Source: Patescibacteria group bacterium
Lineage (GTDB): Bacteria; Patescibacteriota; Patescibacteriia; UBA9934
Reading direction: 5' to 3'
Length of the DNA: 64,000 nucleotides
Assembly: GCA_018062825.1 (NCBI GenBank)
Contig: JAGORL010000003.1
Coordinates: 1,058 to 65,057, forward strand
The notes below the pieces were generated by a model. It saw only the letters and a program-made list of their open reading frames with translations. It was not told the DNA's origin and did not search any database. How positions within the stretch are numbered: position 1 is the stretch's first letter; every line of letters begins with the position of its first letter. The translations under genes were made by a program, and so were the position numbers. Positions 45,155 through 56,151 of this stretch are shown here, piece after piece.

Positions 45155-47444
45155 CGGTTTCAGTCTCCACAGGAGCAGGCGCGTTTAGCCGCTCCAGGCG
45201 CTGCTTAGCGGCGGCGTTTTGTGGGTCATCCGCGAGAATGAGCTCGACTTCTTTGATTGCTCCTGCAATATCCCCTGCCTCTTCTGCGATAATCGAAAGG
45301 TACCAGCGGGCGTTTGCGAAGGTTGGAGCGATCTCAAGTGCCTTTTCTAGTTCAATTTTTGCTAAGTCGCTGCGTTCTTGGCGCATGTAGAGCAAAGCGA
45401 GATTCAAGCGTACGCCAATATCAGTTGGGGCGGCATCGCGTACCTTTTCCATGGCAACAACGGCTTCATTCACGAGGCCGCGGGCATCGAGGGTGACGGC
45501 CTGGAAATAGAGGGCCGGAATGTAGTCAGCTTTTAATTTGATCGCTTGAGAGAATGCGACATCAGCCGCCTCTAGGGCCTCAGCGCGCAGCGTAATGAAC
45601 TGCTCACCGCCCGGCGCTTCTGATTTCTGACGCAGCGATTCAGCGATAGCTAATTGAGCGCGCCCGATGCCGACGCGATACTTTGGATTGACTGGTGAGA
45701 ATTTGATCGCCTCCTCATAGCTGACGAGGGAAAATGGCGCGCCATCGGTCACAACGCCGGCGATATCGCGATATAAATCACCACGCTCAGCCCAGCGCAC
45801 AGCACTTGTTGGAGCAAGATCAGTAGCTTTGACGGCGGCATTAATAGAGGAACCAAGTAGTGATTGTACGACTTGTGGATCTGATAGTGGATCACGCGCT
45901 ATGACATCGGCTTTGGTCAGAAGGACACGAGACAGCGCGGCATAGTATGCATCGTTCCAGCGATTGCGACTGGCGGCTTTATCTAGAAGCAGGATTGCTT
46001 CATCATAGGAAGCCTCACCTTCACGCGTTAGTGCTTTTGCATACAGCATCTCTGCGCTATAGCGAGAGAGCGTGAAAACTGAAAGAAACAGCACGGCAAT
46101 GATCGCAACTGAGCCACCAACAAGTGAAGCGGCGCCGACCGCGGCCGTATCTTTCATCTCTTTTTCTTGCGCAGAGCCTGGAGCAAGCGCCGTACCAAGT
46201 CCAGCGAACACGATCATGGTTGCCGCGAGCGTAAGAGTTTGCGGATAGAGACAGGCGGCGATTACTGAGCCGAGAAAGGCGATAAGGGCGGGTGTTGCTG
46301 GAAAGGAACCGTCTTTACCACGATGCAAATGAGCGAGCACGATACAAATAACAAAGATGCCCCAAGCAATGGTGCCGAGTATGCCGAGCGTGGTTAGTAG
46401 GGTGGCGACGTGTGAAAAACCGCGATCAAAACGGGCGTCCCAAAAATCTGTTTGATTAAGGCCAGCATTGTGGTGCAGGTCAAAAGCCAGAGCAAATGTT
46501 CCTGGACCTGAGCCAAACAACAAACGCCCGTCTGCCCAGGTGGCTTTGGCGATATTGAAACTAGCAGCGGCATTTGGACCAACCTCGAGCGGCAAGGCGG
46601 CAAAGAAGCGAGGTGACGCTACGAGCATGCTCACGCTCATTAATATAAGGAGCGCGATTGGAATAAAGCGTACTGACAGGCTACGAATGCTTTGCGATTT
46701 GAACCCGGCGGCAAGAATGCCAATGGAACACAAGAGCGCCACAACCCACACGACAGTGGCATCGAGTGCTAAATAAAATGGAATTGCGATAACAAATGAT
46801 GCAACACCAGCAAGTGTTATGAGGCGACGATCTGCCTGTTCAAGTACTGGCGCAAATGACGTGCCCTGCAGGGCAATATACGAAAGCGTGAATAGATGCG
46901 TGAGTATAAGAAAGATACCGGTGACAGTTGGTGTTCCGGTTGGTAAGCCCTGGATGCCAATACCCACCCCAAGAATACTGAGCGTTGCTAGTAAACTTAC
47001 GAGCCCTGAACTTACAATGATCGACCACATGATAGCGCGGCGACCAACGATAGTTTTAGCGGCAACGGTGATGGCAGAAAAAAAGAGGAAGAAGACCACG
47101 GCGCCAATGACGCTTGTGTACTCTTGCGTGCTGTAGCCTAGAAAACTTGCAGGTATGCTCCACGAACTTATTGCCGAAATAGTTAGTGCTGAGATCCAAA
47201 TGCCAAAGCCAAGGAGTGCGAGTGGTGTTGGAAGGAAAAGCTTTTTACCAAGAAGAACACGAATCGCTAAACAACAGGTAGCGACAAGCACCCAGCCTGT
47301 AAGCCAGACGAATTTATTCAGCTCAAGCGGCTCTGCTGTCCACGGTGCAATAATAAACGGCAATCCCAGGATTGCGATAGCAACAGCGAGCCCTGCACCG
47401 ACAATAAGAGCATTTGCCAATCCCGTAGCCTTTTGGTGCGTCAT
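45144..47444 (-). CDS. polytopic membrane protein with an O-antigen ligase/Wzy-like core and C-terminal TPR repeats (766 aa)
   Basis: About 12 TM helices are followed by a periplasmic-loop motif of Wzy_C type (..GSGPGTFALAFDLHHNAG..). The C-terminal ~300 aa carry TPR-like repeats. The gene sits immediately downstream (9 nt) of the 2,049-aa surface-protein gene. Confidence 0.6.
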   Translation of the reverse strand: MTHQKATGLANALIVGAGLAVAIAILGLPFIIAPWTAEPLELNKFVWLTGWVLVATCCLAIRVLLGKKLFLPTPLALLGFGIWISALTISAISSWSIPASFLGYSTQEYTSVIGAVVFFLFFSAITVAAKTIVGRRAIMWSIIVSSGLVSLLATLSILGVGIGIQGLPTGTPTVTGIFLILTHLFTLSYIALQGTSFAPVLEQADRRLITLAGVASFVIAIPFYLALDATVVWVVALLCSIGILAAGFKSQSIRSLSVRFIPIALLILMSVSMLVASPRFFAALPLEVGPNAAASFNIAKATWADGRLLFGSGPGTFALAFDLHHNAGLNQTDFWDARFDRGFSHVATLLTTLGILGTIAWGIFVICIVLAHLHRGKDGSFPATPALIAFLGSVIAACLYPQTLTLAATMIVFAGLGTALAPGSAQEKEMKDTAAVGAASLVGGSVAIIAVLFLSVFTLSRYSAEMLYAKALTREGEASYDEAILLLDKAASRNRWNDAYYAALSRVLLTKADVIARDPLSDPQVVQSLLGSSINAAVKATDLAPTSAVRWAERGDLYRDIAGVVTDGAPFSLVSYEEAIKFSPVNPKYRVGIGRAQLAIAESLRQKSEAPGGEQFITLRAEALEAADVAFSQAIKLKADYIPALYFQAVTLDARGLVNEAVVAMEKVRDAAPTDIGVRLNLALLYMRQERSDLAKIELEKALEIAPTFANARWYLSIIAEEAGDIAGAIKEVELILADDPQNAAAKQRLERLNAPAPVETETVAQ

Positions 47445-47453
47445 AGCACCGTA

Positions 47454-50400
47454 TTATGGCGTTACTTCAAGAACTTCATCAATCAGCTCTTCCCCACCCT
47501 CGATATTTTCTTCTTCGACTACAGGCGCAACATCCTCTACCACCGGCTCATCTTCCGTTTCAATCTCATCAACAACGACCTCTTCTGAATCGCTTGATTC
47601 ATCAACTGGAGTCTCGTCTACGACCTCTTCATCTTCAACGACTACCTCCTCATCTGACTGATCTTCAGATTCATTCAGCACCTCTTCATCTTCTGGAAGA
47701 TTGTCTTCAGGGACTTCAGGTGGCTCTGGCTCTGTTACTACCGGCGCTACAGTTTGCGCGTAGTCTTTATGGGTACCAACAACCAACCAATCTACGAGAA
47801 TGCCGTCTGATCCGGAGGAGTCACGGATAACAAAGCTGGCTTGATCACGATTTGTGACCGAGATCTGACCGGTGGCGCCATTTGGCGTGACGAAAACGCG
47901 GTACGGAACCTCGTTACTTATGATGTCGTTGAACTTTGGATCAATGCTCTCGAGATTAACAAGTGCCGTACCGTTTTGCAGCGTTGCTGTGCCTGAGAGC
48001 TGAATGGTCATTTCGCGACTTGTGGCGGCGTAGGTTTCAACGTCCTCGTTCTGATATGAACGAACGAGTTGCACAAGACGACCTTCGGTTTCAATATCGC
48101 CGTTACCGGAAATACTCCAAGCGCCCCCAACGCCCTCTATTGATCCAACTGAGAAGATGCCGCCGCCATTCATGTTGAGCGTGCCGGTGATATCAAGGGT
48201 TGCGACCGTTGATGACGCTAGGCCGCTGATTGCTGTATCGGCTGCTGGGGCAACATTTGTGCTAGCGCCGTCATAGTAGGAAGCACGAACAAACACGATG
48301 ATTGAGCCATCACCCGAAGCATGATCCTCCATGGCATAACCAACAATTGGTCCTGGCTGGGTGGCCTTCATGGCGTAGCCTGGCTTTGAACTCGTAGTAA
48401 GCGGATCACCAACCTTAATCGCACCATTTTCTGAAGAAACGAAGGTTGGTACGCGACCGGCAAGCGCTACTGGATACTCGCCATCGCGCCACTCACCTGC
48501 CAAGAAACCAGGGCGTGTTGAAACAATGCCAGCAATGCGGTCATCGTACTTCTTACCTGTTGAACGGGTCATTTGCTCGCGACCTGTTCCGAAAACGACA
48601 ACTTCACCTGGCACAAGTGCGTCAGGCGATGGGAACATTTCCGCAAAATCATACGAACCAGTGCTCCAACCGGCGGCATTGGTACGCATGTAACCAAGAC
48701 CGGAGCTGTCGTAATAAATGTAAGCAGAATTCTGCATGGCACCGCTATCCGATGGGTAGAAACGACCAGCGAGCGATAGATCACCGTTTTGATTGATAGA
48801 TGCTACCTCTGTGCCGGCGGTATTTGTTACAGCTAATCGGTACGCTGAGACGCTATCAACCATGGTTTCAAGACCCATAGCTACTGATTGGGCTGATGAA
48901 CCGTTCCAAGCAGAGCCACGGAAGCTGAGAAGCTCCGAGCCGTAGTTTGCTGAACTATTTGCGGTGGCGAGTGAGGCGAGCGCGAAGGTTTCTCGCATAA
49001 CGATAGCTGAGCCATCGCTTGTAATTGTGCCTTCGGCTGACCAGGTTGGCTGCACCATGACCTTAATAACGCCGGAACCTGCTGCAAGTGGCTCAAGCGC
49101 ATAGCCGAGCACGCGTGACGGACCGCCAGCTTTGCCGACAGCGCCAGCAACTGATGAAGAAGTAGTAACAAGATCGCCAACTGCAATCGCGCCATCTGCT
49201 GCAGAAGCTGAAACATCAATCTGACCGATCAAACCGACAAGACGATAGTTTGCCGGGATGCCGTAATCAAAAGACTCTTGGTAGTTGCCAATGAAACCTG
49301 GATTTGTTGAGATCGCACCAATGATCGAAGTCTCTCCTGGAGCGCACTCTTTTACGCCGTTGAGCGTTGATTCATCACGACAAACAACATCGTTGCCGCC
49401 AAGGCTACCATCTGAAGAGATCATCCACTCCGCTAAGTCGGCTCCACCACCAGTAAAGGAACCGTCGGCAAACGCATCGCCATCTGCCTCAAAACGGAAC
49501 TCGATATCCGGGGTGCCGTCCGCGTCTGAGCGGAAGACAACGAGTTCATCATTACTTGCCGTTTCATTAGTATCAACAAGCAATGCAAAGTTGGTGGTAG
49601 TTGAACTATCGCTCACCGTGTTTTGCTCAATACGCATGGCTGACGAGTTTGTTTGCGTGCTGTCGTTTCTGACATGGAAAACGTGGTTATCAAATGAGGT
49701 GTTGTCCGAGAAGATATAAGCGAGAGGCGATGTAGATGTACCGCCGTTTGTATAAACAGTGAGTCCGTAGTCATCGTTACCAGTGTTGCCGACATGCAGC
49801 GCACCGCCCACCTCATTTGTTACCGTCGTGCTGGTTGATTCATCTTGCTGTATGTTTACACCGCTTCCCGTACCATCATTTTCTACCTGAATTACCGCTC
49901 CAGTTGCGCCAGCATTGCCCTGCGCAACAGAAATTACGTGCGCGCTGTCTGTAAGCGTGCCTGACGTATTAGCGTTATTACTTATAAGCTGCAGCAAGTC
50001 TCCGGTTACCGAAAGCGCACCACCGCTATTGTTTGTGAGTGCTCTCGTTACAGAAATGCCGTTACCAGATACCGTGGCGGGTGCAATATATGTCGCAGTG
50101 TGCGATAAACGAGATAAGTCACCGCTAGTTAGCCCGGTAGAGTTAGAGCTTACTTGTAATCCAACTCCGGATAGCAACCCGTTTACCGTCACGTCCAGGG
50201 CTGCGGCCGTTGTAATCGTGCCGCCATCGATGTCTATAAAGTCAACGCCACCGCTGTTTGAAGAAAAATCAATCGTGGCTCCGTCGTTAAAAACAGCGAA
50301 CGGTGTACCACCGGTTTGAATAATATGATCTCCGGTACCGGTCATCGCAATATAAAAATTTCCCGTGTCATCAAGTTCAACGTTGAACTGATTGGTGCCG

Positions 50401-53400
50401 AGAGCAATATCCGTTGATTCGTCAAGATTGAGCTGGAACTCTAGCGAGTCAAAATCTAAACAATTTGGACAGTCTAGGGCAGTAAACGTTGCGGCGCCCG
50501 TTGCATCAATACTCCAATCATCTCCACCCGTGAGATCTAGCAGAAATGATGCGTTGCTGTGACCTAAGGTCAGAGTATCGGTTCCAGCTGGGGCAATGAT
50601 CATGTCTGTTCCCGCCTCGATCGTGAGTGCATTTAATGAGTTTGAAGAAATGTTCAAGTCGCCGTTTGACGCCAGTGCGTCAGCGTACACTGTTGGGATA
50701 TCAAGATATGCTGAACTTGTAATAACTCCAGCGTTGTCGACATCGAAGTAGGTAAAATCAATCGCCGCTGCGGTTCCGATGATGTCGTTTGCGCCAAGGT
50801 CGATACCTGTTCCGATTGAAGTATCACTTAAGCTAATACCTGTTCCGTAGCCACCGGTACCAACAAGATCTAAACCGATGCCAACTGATTCGTTGGAATC
50901 GTTATTAGCAAGACGAATAAAAGCATCAAACGTACCAGTCGCGCCGCCGTCATCATTGTTTGCCAAGAACATGAGGTAATTTGCAGCAGTGCTTGCCGCG
51001 GCAGTGTTCGTAACTCTGAGATCAAATGGATTGATCGAGGTGTCAGTTGTATGTGCAACGTCGATATCGGTAAATTCGCCATCAACAGTGTTTTGGTTGA
51101 TATCTAGCGTGTCGCTAAAAATTGCTGCTCCAGATGTTGCATCAATAGCAAAAACCTGTGATCCGAGATCTTGGATCTCGAAGTTCCCTACCGAAGTTAA
51201 GTTCCAAACTACGTCATTTGCGGCCGAAATTGTTAGGCTGCCATCAGTCGTCATGCTGTCTGCGAACTCTGTAAAATCGAGACTATCAGCAGCAATAGTT
51301 CCGCCGTCTTCCCATGACAAGATTCCCAAACCATCCGTTGATAAGAATTGACCGCTTGATCCGTCGGTTGCCGGTAACGTCCAGACCGTGTCGGACGCAA
51401 TGGCATCAGGAGCCTTGAAACCGACATAGTTACTACCAGCGAGCTCGACAAACGCAGCGAATCCTGTCTCACCTGGAAGGACGCCGACCGCCATCAGGGA
51501 TATCTCAGGTGATCTTAGGCTTTGCAGGTCAACGGTATGAAATTCGGCATCACCGTCTGCGCGAATCTGCCAATCGTCACCACCATTAATCGCAACCGCT
51601 GTTCCGACGTTGTCGTTGCCGATGTTAATTACATCTCCGGAGGTAACGTTTGTCGCGATGTTGATCACGTTTGCAATATCACTTGTAACACCACCAATAT
51701 CAATATTTGTTGTACTACCTCCGCCATCGAGGAAATTAAGCGTGGTGCCGTTTGAAGTAATGTCTCCACCATTTAGTGCTACATCCAAAAAGTTACCGAG
51801 CTCAGCAATGACTGTGACAAATTCAGCTTCGCCAAATTGATCAATATACCAATCATCACCACCGGTTATATCGACGATCGTATCGGTATTACTGTTACCG
51901 AAAAAGAGAATGTCGCCGGTAGTGTCATCAGTTGCCATGAAAATAGTATTTGCCTGATCTACTGTTACGCCGCCAAAGTTTATGTTCGGCGCACTGAGTG
52001 CGTCGTTCATGAAGTCAAGATCATTCGTTGAGATAAAATCACCACCGGCGATTGAGAGATCGCCATCGGTTGTAATATTTCCACTAGTATCAATGATTAT
52101 TTGGTTAGCGGTGAGATCTAAATTTCCCGACGCATCAGATCCGATGTTGATGCTTGAAGATCCACCGCGAAGAAGAATCGTTCCTGGTTCAGAATCACTA
52201 CCGACGTAAAGTGTTTCAGTAGACGTATCGAAGTATAACGGCGCTGTAGTTGTCAGGGTGCTACCAACGACTAAATCGTCCGAGGTGCCAGTTAGGTACG
52301 TAAAAGCGCCGGCATCAGTCCATTTTGAGGAGCCGGCAGCTAGCGCATCTATTGCCGTATCAAAATCCGTGAGCACACCTTGCACATCCACCTCAGAGGA
52401 TTGCGTAAACAAGGCAGAGTCTACACCAACAAGCGTAGCGCCGGCGGTTCCTGAGCTTTGACTTAGCCCGACACTGTTGATAACGAGATCACCGGTATCG
52501 ATATTCAAATCACTCGTTAAATTGACTGACGGGGCGTTTATATCGAGGCCTCCAGAAGCTGCGCTCAATGTAACTGACCCGCTAAAGCCGTCATATAGCA
52601 CAATCGATCCACTCTGAACGGTATCGATGCCTAGTAATAACTGCGCTTCGGCTTCATCAAAATAGAAGGTCGCACTACTAATCTCATCACCACCTATCAA
52701 AAGCCCGTCGTCTAAATCGGTGAGATATGTAAACGCTCCATCGTCAGTCCATTTTGATGAACTGACGGCTAAGGCATCGATTGCCGTATCGAAATCGGCT
52801 AGAACCCCTTGAACTTCTGTACCGATTGACTGAGTAAAGGCTGACGTATCAACGCCAACAAGGGTGGCGCCGGCGGTTCCGGAACTTGCATTTAGAGCAA
52901 CGCCGCCAATGATCACATCGCCTTCACCGTCGATTCGGAAGAGATCGGTGCCGCCAACTGCAACGCCAAAAATGGTATCGCTCGCGTTTACATCAAGGGC
53001 AGCTGGGTTGATATACATTGAACCTTGAGAAACGCCTGAACCCGTTGGATTACCGGTAACGACAAGAGCACCGTTGGCATTAAAAGCTGGAAGTGCGGAT
53101 TGAGTAGAGCCAACAAGCGTCGTGTCCAATCCGTCGACCAGGCTGCTATTTATAGCGTAAGCAGCCGACATGACACGCTTTCTTGGAGTTAGCGTTTCGC
53201 CGTTAATTGTGACTTGGAGAAAGACGTTGGCGTTATCGCCGAAGACTGATTCAGGAATAGCGGCGTATGGATCACCAAGCGTGGTATTTCCGAGTGGCTC
53301 GGAAAAGAGACCGTCCGTAAGCGTTACCGTGCGAGCAGTGGCACTTACACAAGTACTCGAAGTGTTTGACCACAAACACGTTCCTCCGGAAACAGCGGTG

Positions 53401-53603
53401 TAAAACTCAAAGATAACGCTTGCGGAAGCTGCAGAGACAGGAACACCATTGGCGTTTAATAAGCGACCTTGATACTGAACGATGTTTGCAGGAGTTGCAG
53501 CAACGACTGACTGTACATTTAACGCTACCGACTGAAATGCCAAAATCGCTAGTATGCAAATACTGGCGAAACGCTTAAGCAAGTTATGCGGTCGGTGATT
53601 CAT
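47454..53603 (-). CDS. giant exported repeat protein (2,049 aa), paralogue of the >7,400-aa protein
   Basis: The signal peptide MNHRPHNLLKRFASICILAILAFQSVALNV is followed by an N-domain (..QYQGRLLNANG..PRKRVMSAAYAINSSLVDGL) that is homologous to the N-domain of the gene at 22318. A shared module SSKWTDDGAFTYLT..LYFD occurs twice. A ~130-aa C-proximal module is duplicated (..GFIGNYQESFDYGIPANYRLVGL.. and ..GFLAGEWRDGEYPVALAGRV..). The protein ends in a very acidic ~90-aa tail. Confidence 0.85.
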   Translation of the reverse strand: MNHRPHNLLKRFASICILAILAFQSVALNVQSVVAATPANIVQYQGRLLNANGVPVSAASASVIFEFYTAVSGGTCLWSNTSSTCVSATARTVTLTDGLFSEPLGNTTLGDPYAAIPESVFGDNANVFLQVTINGETLTPRKRVMSAAYAINSSLVDGLDTTLVGSTQSALPAFNANGALVVTGNPTGSGVSQGSMYINPAALDVNASDTIFGVAVGGTDLFRIDGEGDVIIGGVALNASSGTAGATLVGVDTSAFTQSIGTEVQGVLADFDTAIDALAVSSSKWTDDGAFTYLTDLDDGLLIGGDEISSATFYFDEAEAQLLLGIDTVQSGSIVLYDGFSGSVTLSAASGGLDINAPSVNLTSDLNIDTGDLVINSVGLSQSSGTAGATLVGVDSALFTQSSEVDVQGVLTDFDTAIDALAAGSSKWTDAGAFTYLTGTSDDLVVGSTLTTTAPLYFDTSTETLYVGSDSEPGTILLRGGSSSINIGSDASGNLDLTANQIIIDTSGNITTDGDLSIAGGDFISTNDLDFMNDALSAPNINFGGVTVDQANTIFMATDDTTGDILFFGNSNTDTIVDITGGDDWYIDQFGEAEFVTVIAELGNFLDVALNGGDITSNGTTLNFLDGGGSTTNIDIGGVTSDIANVINIATNVTSGDVINIGNDNVGTAVAINGGDDWQIRADGDAEFHTVDLQSLRSPEISLMAVGVLPGETGFAAFVELAGSNYVGFKAPDAIASDTVWTLPATDGSSGQFLSTDGLGILSWEDGGTIAADSLDFTEFADSMTTDGSLTISAANDVVWNLTSVGNFEIQDLGSQVFAIDATSGAAIFSDTLDINQNTVDGEFTDIDVAHTTDTSINPFDLRVTNTAAASTAANYLMFLANNDDGGATGTFDAFIRLANNDSNESVGIGLDLVGTGGYGTGISLSDTSIGTGIDLGANDIIGTAAAIDFTYFDVDNAGVITSSAYLDIPTVYADALASNGDLNISSNSLNALTIEAGTDMIIAPAGTDTLTLGHSNASFLLDLTGGDDWSIDATGAATFTALDCPNCLDFDSLEFQLNLDESTDIALGTNQFNVELDDTGNFYIAMTGTGDHIIQTGGTPFAVFNDGATIDFSSNSGGVDFIDIDGGTITTAAALDVTVNGLLSGVGLQVSSNSTGLTSGDLSRLSHTATYIAPATVSGNGISVTRALTNNSGGALSVTGDLLQLISNNANTSGTLTDSAHVISVAQGNAGATGAVIQVENDGTGSGVNIQQDESTSTTVTNEVGGALHVGNTGNDDYGLTVYTNGGTSTSPLAYIFSDNTSFDNHVFHVRNDSTQTNSSAMRIEQNTVSDSSTTTNFALLVDTNETASNDELVVFRSDADGTPDIEFRFEADGDAFADGSFTGGGADLAEWMISSDGSLGGNDVVCRDESTLNGVKECAPGETSIIGAISTNPGFIGNYQESFDYGIPANYRLVGLIGQIDVSASAADGAIAVGDLVTTSSSVAGAVGKAGGPSRVLGYALEPLAAGSGVIKVMVQPTWSAEGTITSDGSAIVMRETFALASLATANSSANYGSELLSFRGSAWNGSSAQSVAMGLETMVDSVSAYRLAVTNTAGTEVASINQNGDLSLAGRFYPSDSGAMQNSAYIYYDSSGLGYMRTNAAGWSTGSYDFAEMFPSPDALVPGEVVVFGTGREQMTRSTGKKYDDRIAGIVSTRPGFLAGEWRDGEYPVALAGRVPTFVSSENGAIKVGDPLTTSSKPGYAMKATQPGPIVGYAMEDHASGDGSIIVFVRASYYDGASTNVAPAADTAISGLASSTVATLDITGTLNMNGGGIFSVGSIEGVGGAWSISGNGDIETEGRLVQLVRSYQNEDVETYAATSREMTIQLSGTATLQNGTALVNLESIDPKFNDIISNEVPYRVFVTPNGATGQISVTNRDQASFVIRDSSGSDGILVDWLVVGTHKDYAQTVAPVVTEPEPPEVPEDNLPEDEEVLNESEDQSDEEVVVEDEEVVDETPVDESSDSEEVVVDEIETEDEPVVEDVAPVVEEENIEGGEELIDEVLEVTP

Positions 53604-56151
53604 GTTCCTCCGATGTGTGGTCGAGATCTACGTTACGAGCAAATGTTTCCGGTTCTTTCTTTTGAGAATAATCAACCGGCCGAATTTCAAATGGTGCGTA
53701 TCCGGGCTTTGCGAACATGACGTAGTACTCGTTAGGACCGAGAAAGAACGCGTATCGTCCACGGCTATCGGTAAGCGTGGATTCAACAAGTTTATTATAC
53801 TTTGGTTCAAACAACCGAATGATGACATTACCCACAGGCTGCTTGGATTTTTTATCACGCACAATACCCCAACCAGTCACCTTCTTTGGCTTTGAAAGTC
53901 GAGATGAGATTCCGTACATCGCAACCTGAGCGCTTGCAAGCACAATTGAGAATGTTGTTGGCGAAATAATTGCGGCAGCAATTGCGAGCAGCACACCAAT
54001 TGGAGCAACAATACGAACAAATACGCGCAAGAAGCGCTTTAAGGCGAGCGCTCGAGGTTCGTTATATTCTTTAGCATCTGATGGATCGAGCGGGATGCTT
54101 GCACTTAGATTCGTGTCTGGATCTGTCACTTCAATGATCTGACCCGCGTAAACATCGACGTACTTTCCATCATCAGCACGATTTGCCACGTACTTAGAAG
54201 GGAAGACGAAGCCCGGTTTCACAACCTGCAGTATGTACGCACCAACTCTTGGCACAAAGAGGAAATATTGTCCCTTGGCGTTAGACACAACTGACTTAAC
54301 GATGCGCTTTGTTTTTGCATCGACAAGACGAACAGTGGCAAGCTCGATCGGAACTTTTGTCACGCCGTTATAGACAATGCCGAATTTTTGCCGGCGCTTC
54401 TTGGAGAAGATCAAGAGCGGCGACGTGAAGCCGTACTGCAGTAATGACAATAGGTTGAAGCTATTTGCAAGCACGGCGGTTGTAGTACCGACAGCTACGA
54501 TCGAGACTGGAAGCGCGATATCAGCGGCTACCTTCGCCTCTTCTGAGTCAAGGACCTCGTTGATTTCGGTAATTGGTAGCGCTTCAAAAAACTCAATAAT
54601 TTCAGGAGCTACCTGAATTGGTACGTTAAAAATTGGAACATTTACTTCCGTTGGCTCTTCAACTACGGGTTCACCTGGCTCCTCTACCGGTAGCTCAACG
54701 ATTGGCAGGCGGGTTATTTCTAAAACGCCGCTCAGCTGATTGTCACGAACCGTTACCACTGTTGAGACTTCTTCATAGCCGGCCTTGGTGACAACGATAC
54801 GGTATGCACCGTTTGGTACAAGAAATGCGAATCCCCCGCCTTCACCAGTTATAACCGGATTGCGCTGACTATAGACGCCTGCATCCCAAGCAACGCCTGA
54901 CCCACGACTTAAATCGTAGACGGTTACAATTGCGCCAGGAATTCTTACAGTAGCTGTGCCGATTGTTTCGTATACGTAGCCACCGGCAAGTGGCGCGAGC
55001 ACGACACTTTGCTCAAATCGATCTCGATCATTCTCTATTACAACAACCTGCGCCGTTGTCTGAGCGATAACCGCCGGAACTTCAGCGGTATAAACACCGT
55101 CCCCCAGGCTTTGTGCCGGATACTGCGTGCCGTCGATCACCACAAACACCTCAGCTACGCCTAGATCATCACCAACATCCACCACAACGCCAACAACGGT
55201 TCCCGCGGCAACAGGAATCGTGAGTGTGGTGTCATTAAAAGCAATTCCTCCTGAAACAACATCAACATCGACATCCCGGCGATCAATAGCATCACCGTCG
55301 TCACCGTCTTCTGGATCATCTGATCCATCGTTCTCGTCATCATCCGGGTCGCCGTCACCTGGCTCTGGATCTGGTTCCGGGTCTGGGTCAGGTTCAGGGT
55401 CTGGATCAGGTTCTGGATCTGGATCTGGTTCCGGGTCTGGGTCAGGTTCAGGGTCTGGATCAGGTTCTGGATCTGGATCTGGTTCCGGGTCTGGGTCAGG
55501 TTCAGGGTCTGGATCAGGTGGTGGGTCGCCTCCGCCACCGTCATCATCTTCCTCGCCATCGTCAGCACCAGTAACTACCACTGACACACTTGAATCACTT
55601 GCGGTAATGATTGGTACCGGAATTGAGCCTTCATCTCCCGAAGTTGCCTGTAAATCAATAAAGTACGTTGCTGGTACCGCCGGATTCACGATGCGATTTG
55701 TTCCAAATCCGGAAGCGGCGGCGTTTGTTCCGATCTCGATCGTAACAACGCTACCTGAGGCGATCGCTCCACCGTCACCACTACAAATAGATAGCGTTAC
55801 TATATCGCTACTCACGAGAACTCCAACCTGCTCAACTCCTGCGCAGTTAGCCGCTGTTGTCAGATCAACGCCATCATCAGCAATATCAAGATCATCCTCG
55901 GTGATCGTGGACGTATCAAAGTCTGCCGGGAAAACAAGCGTCAATTCTCCTGACTCGGTAAGTGTTCCGCTTAGTGTAAAGGTGAAACGCTGATTACTCT
56001 CGGCACCTATCGCTAGACTACTGGGTTGCGAGGTTAGACTGCCGACAGTATCAGCGCGAACGATGTTTGGTAATAAAACAAAAGATTGCGCAATCGCAAG
56101 ACTAGCGAGCGCACTCCAGGTGCTAAAAATTCTTACCCATGACTTTCTCAT
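53584..56151 (-). CDS. exported, membrane-spanning protein (855 aa) with a (DPDPEP)n linker and three carboxypeptidase-regulatory-like beta-sandwich domains
   Basis: It has a signal peptide, an acidic low-complexity linker (DDDGGGGDPPPDPDPEPDPDPEP...), 2 internal TM helices (..VAPIGVLLAIAAAIISPTTFSIVLASAQVAMYGI..) and CarbopepD_reg-like segments (e.g. ATVRLVDAKTKRIVKSVVSNAKGQYFLFVPRVGAYILQVVKPGF). Confidence 0.8.
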   Translation of the reverse strand: MRKSWVRIFSTWSALASLAIAQSFVLLPNIVRADTVGSLTSQPSSLAIGAESNQRFTFTLSGTLTESGELTLVFPADFDTSTITEDDLDIADDGVDLTTAANCAGVEQVGVLVSSDIVTLSICSGDGGAIASGSVVTIEIGTNAAASGFGTNRIVNPAVPATYFIDLQATSGDEGSIPVPIITASDSSVSVVVTGADDGEEDDDGGGGDPPPDPDPEPDPDPEPDPDPEPDPDPEPDPDPEPDPDPEPDPDPEPDPDPEPDPEPGDGDPDDDENDGSDDPEDGDDGDAIDRRDVDVDVVSGGIAFNDTTLTIPVAAGTVVGVVVDVGDDLGVAEVFVVIDGTQYPAQSLGDGVYTAEVPAVIAQTTAQVVVIENDRDRFEQSVVLAPLAGGYVYETIGTATVRIPGAIVTVYDLSRGSGVAWDAGVYSQRNPVITGEGGGFAFLVPNGAYRIVVTKAGYEEVSTVVTVRDNQLSGVLEITRLPIVELPVEEPGEPVVEEPTEVNVPIFNVPIQVAPEIIEFFEALPITEINEVLDSEEAKVAADIALPVSIVAVGTTTAVLANSFNLLSLLQYGFTSPLLIFSKKRRQKFGIVYNGVTKVPIELATVRLVDAKTKRIVKSVVSNAKGQYFLFVPRVGAYILQVVKPGFVFPSKYVANRADDGKYVDVYAGQIIEVTDPDTNLSASIPLDPSDAKEYNEPRALALKRFLRVFVRIVAPIGVLLAIAAAIISPTTFSIVLASAQVAMYGISSRLSKPKKVTGWGIVRDKKSKQPVGNVIIRLFEPKYNKLVESTLTDSRGRYAFFLGPNEYYVMFAKPGYAPFEIRPVDYSQKKEPETFARNVDLDHTSEEHESPTA
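55361..55527. repeat. 54-bp tandem repeat (about 3 copies), itself built from 6-bp (ctggat/ctgggt/caggtt) sub-repeats, encoding (DPEP/DPDP)n
   Basis: The sequence ctggatctggatctggttccgggtctgggtcaggttcagggtctggatcaggtt is repeated. The antisense ORF 55161..55568 shows an 18-aa period repeated 3 times. Confidence 0.85.

Noticed and set aside
55127-55993. A 288-aa plus-strand ORF rich in GSGSGS, and a 135-aa minus-strand ORF with NQIQIQNLIQTL repeats
   Set aside because: These are alternative-frame readings of the (DPDPEP)n-encoding hexamer repeat inside the well-supported 855-aa gene.
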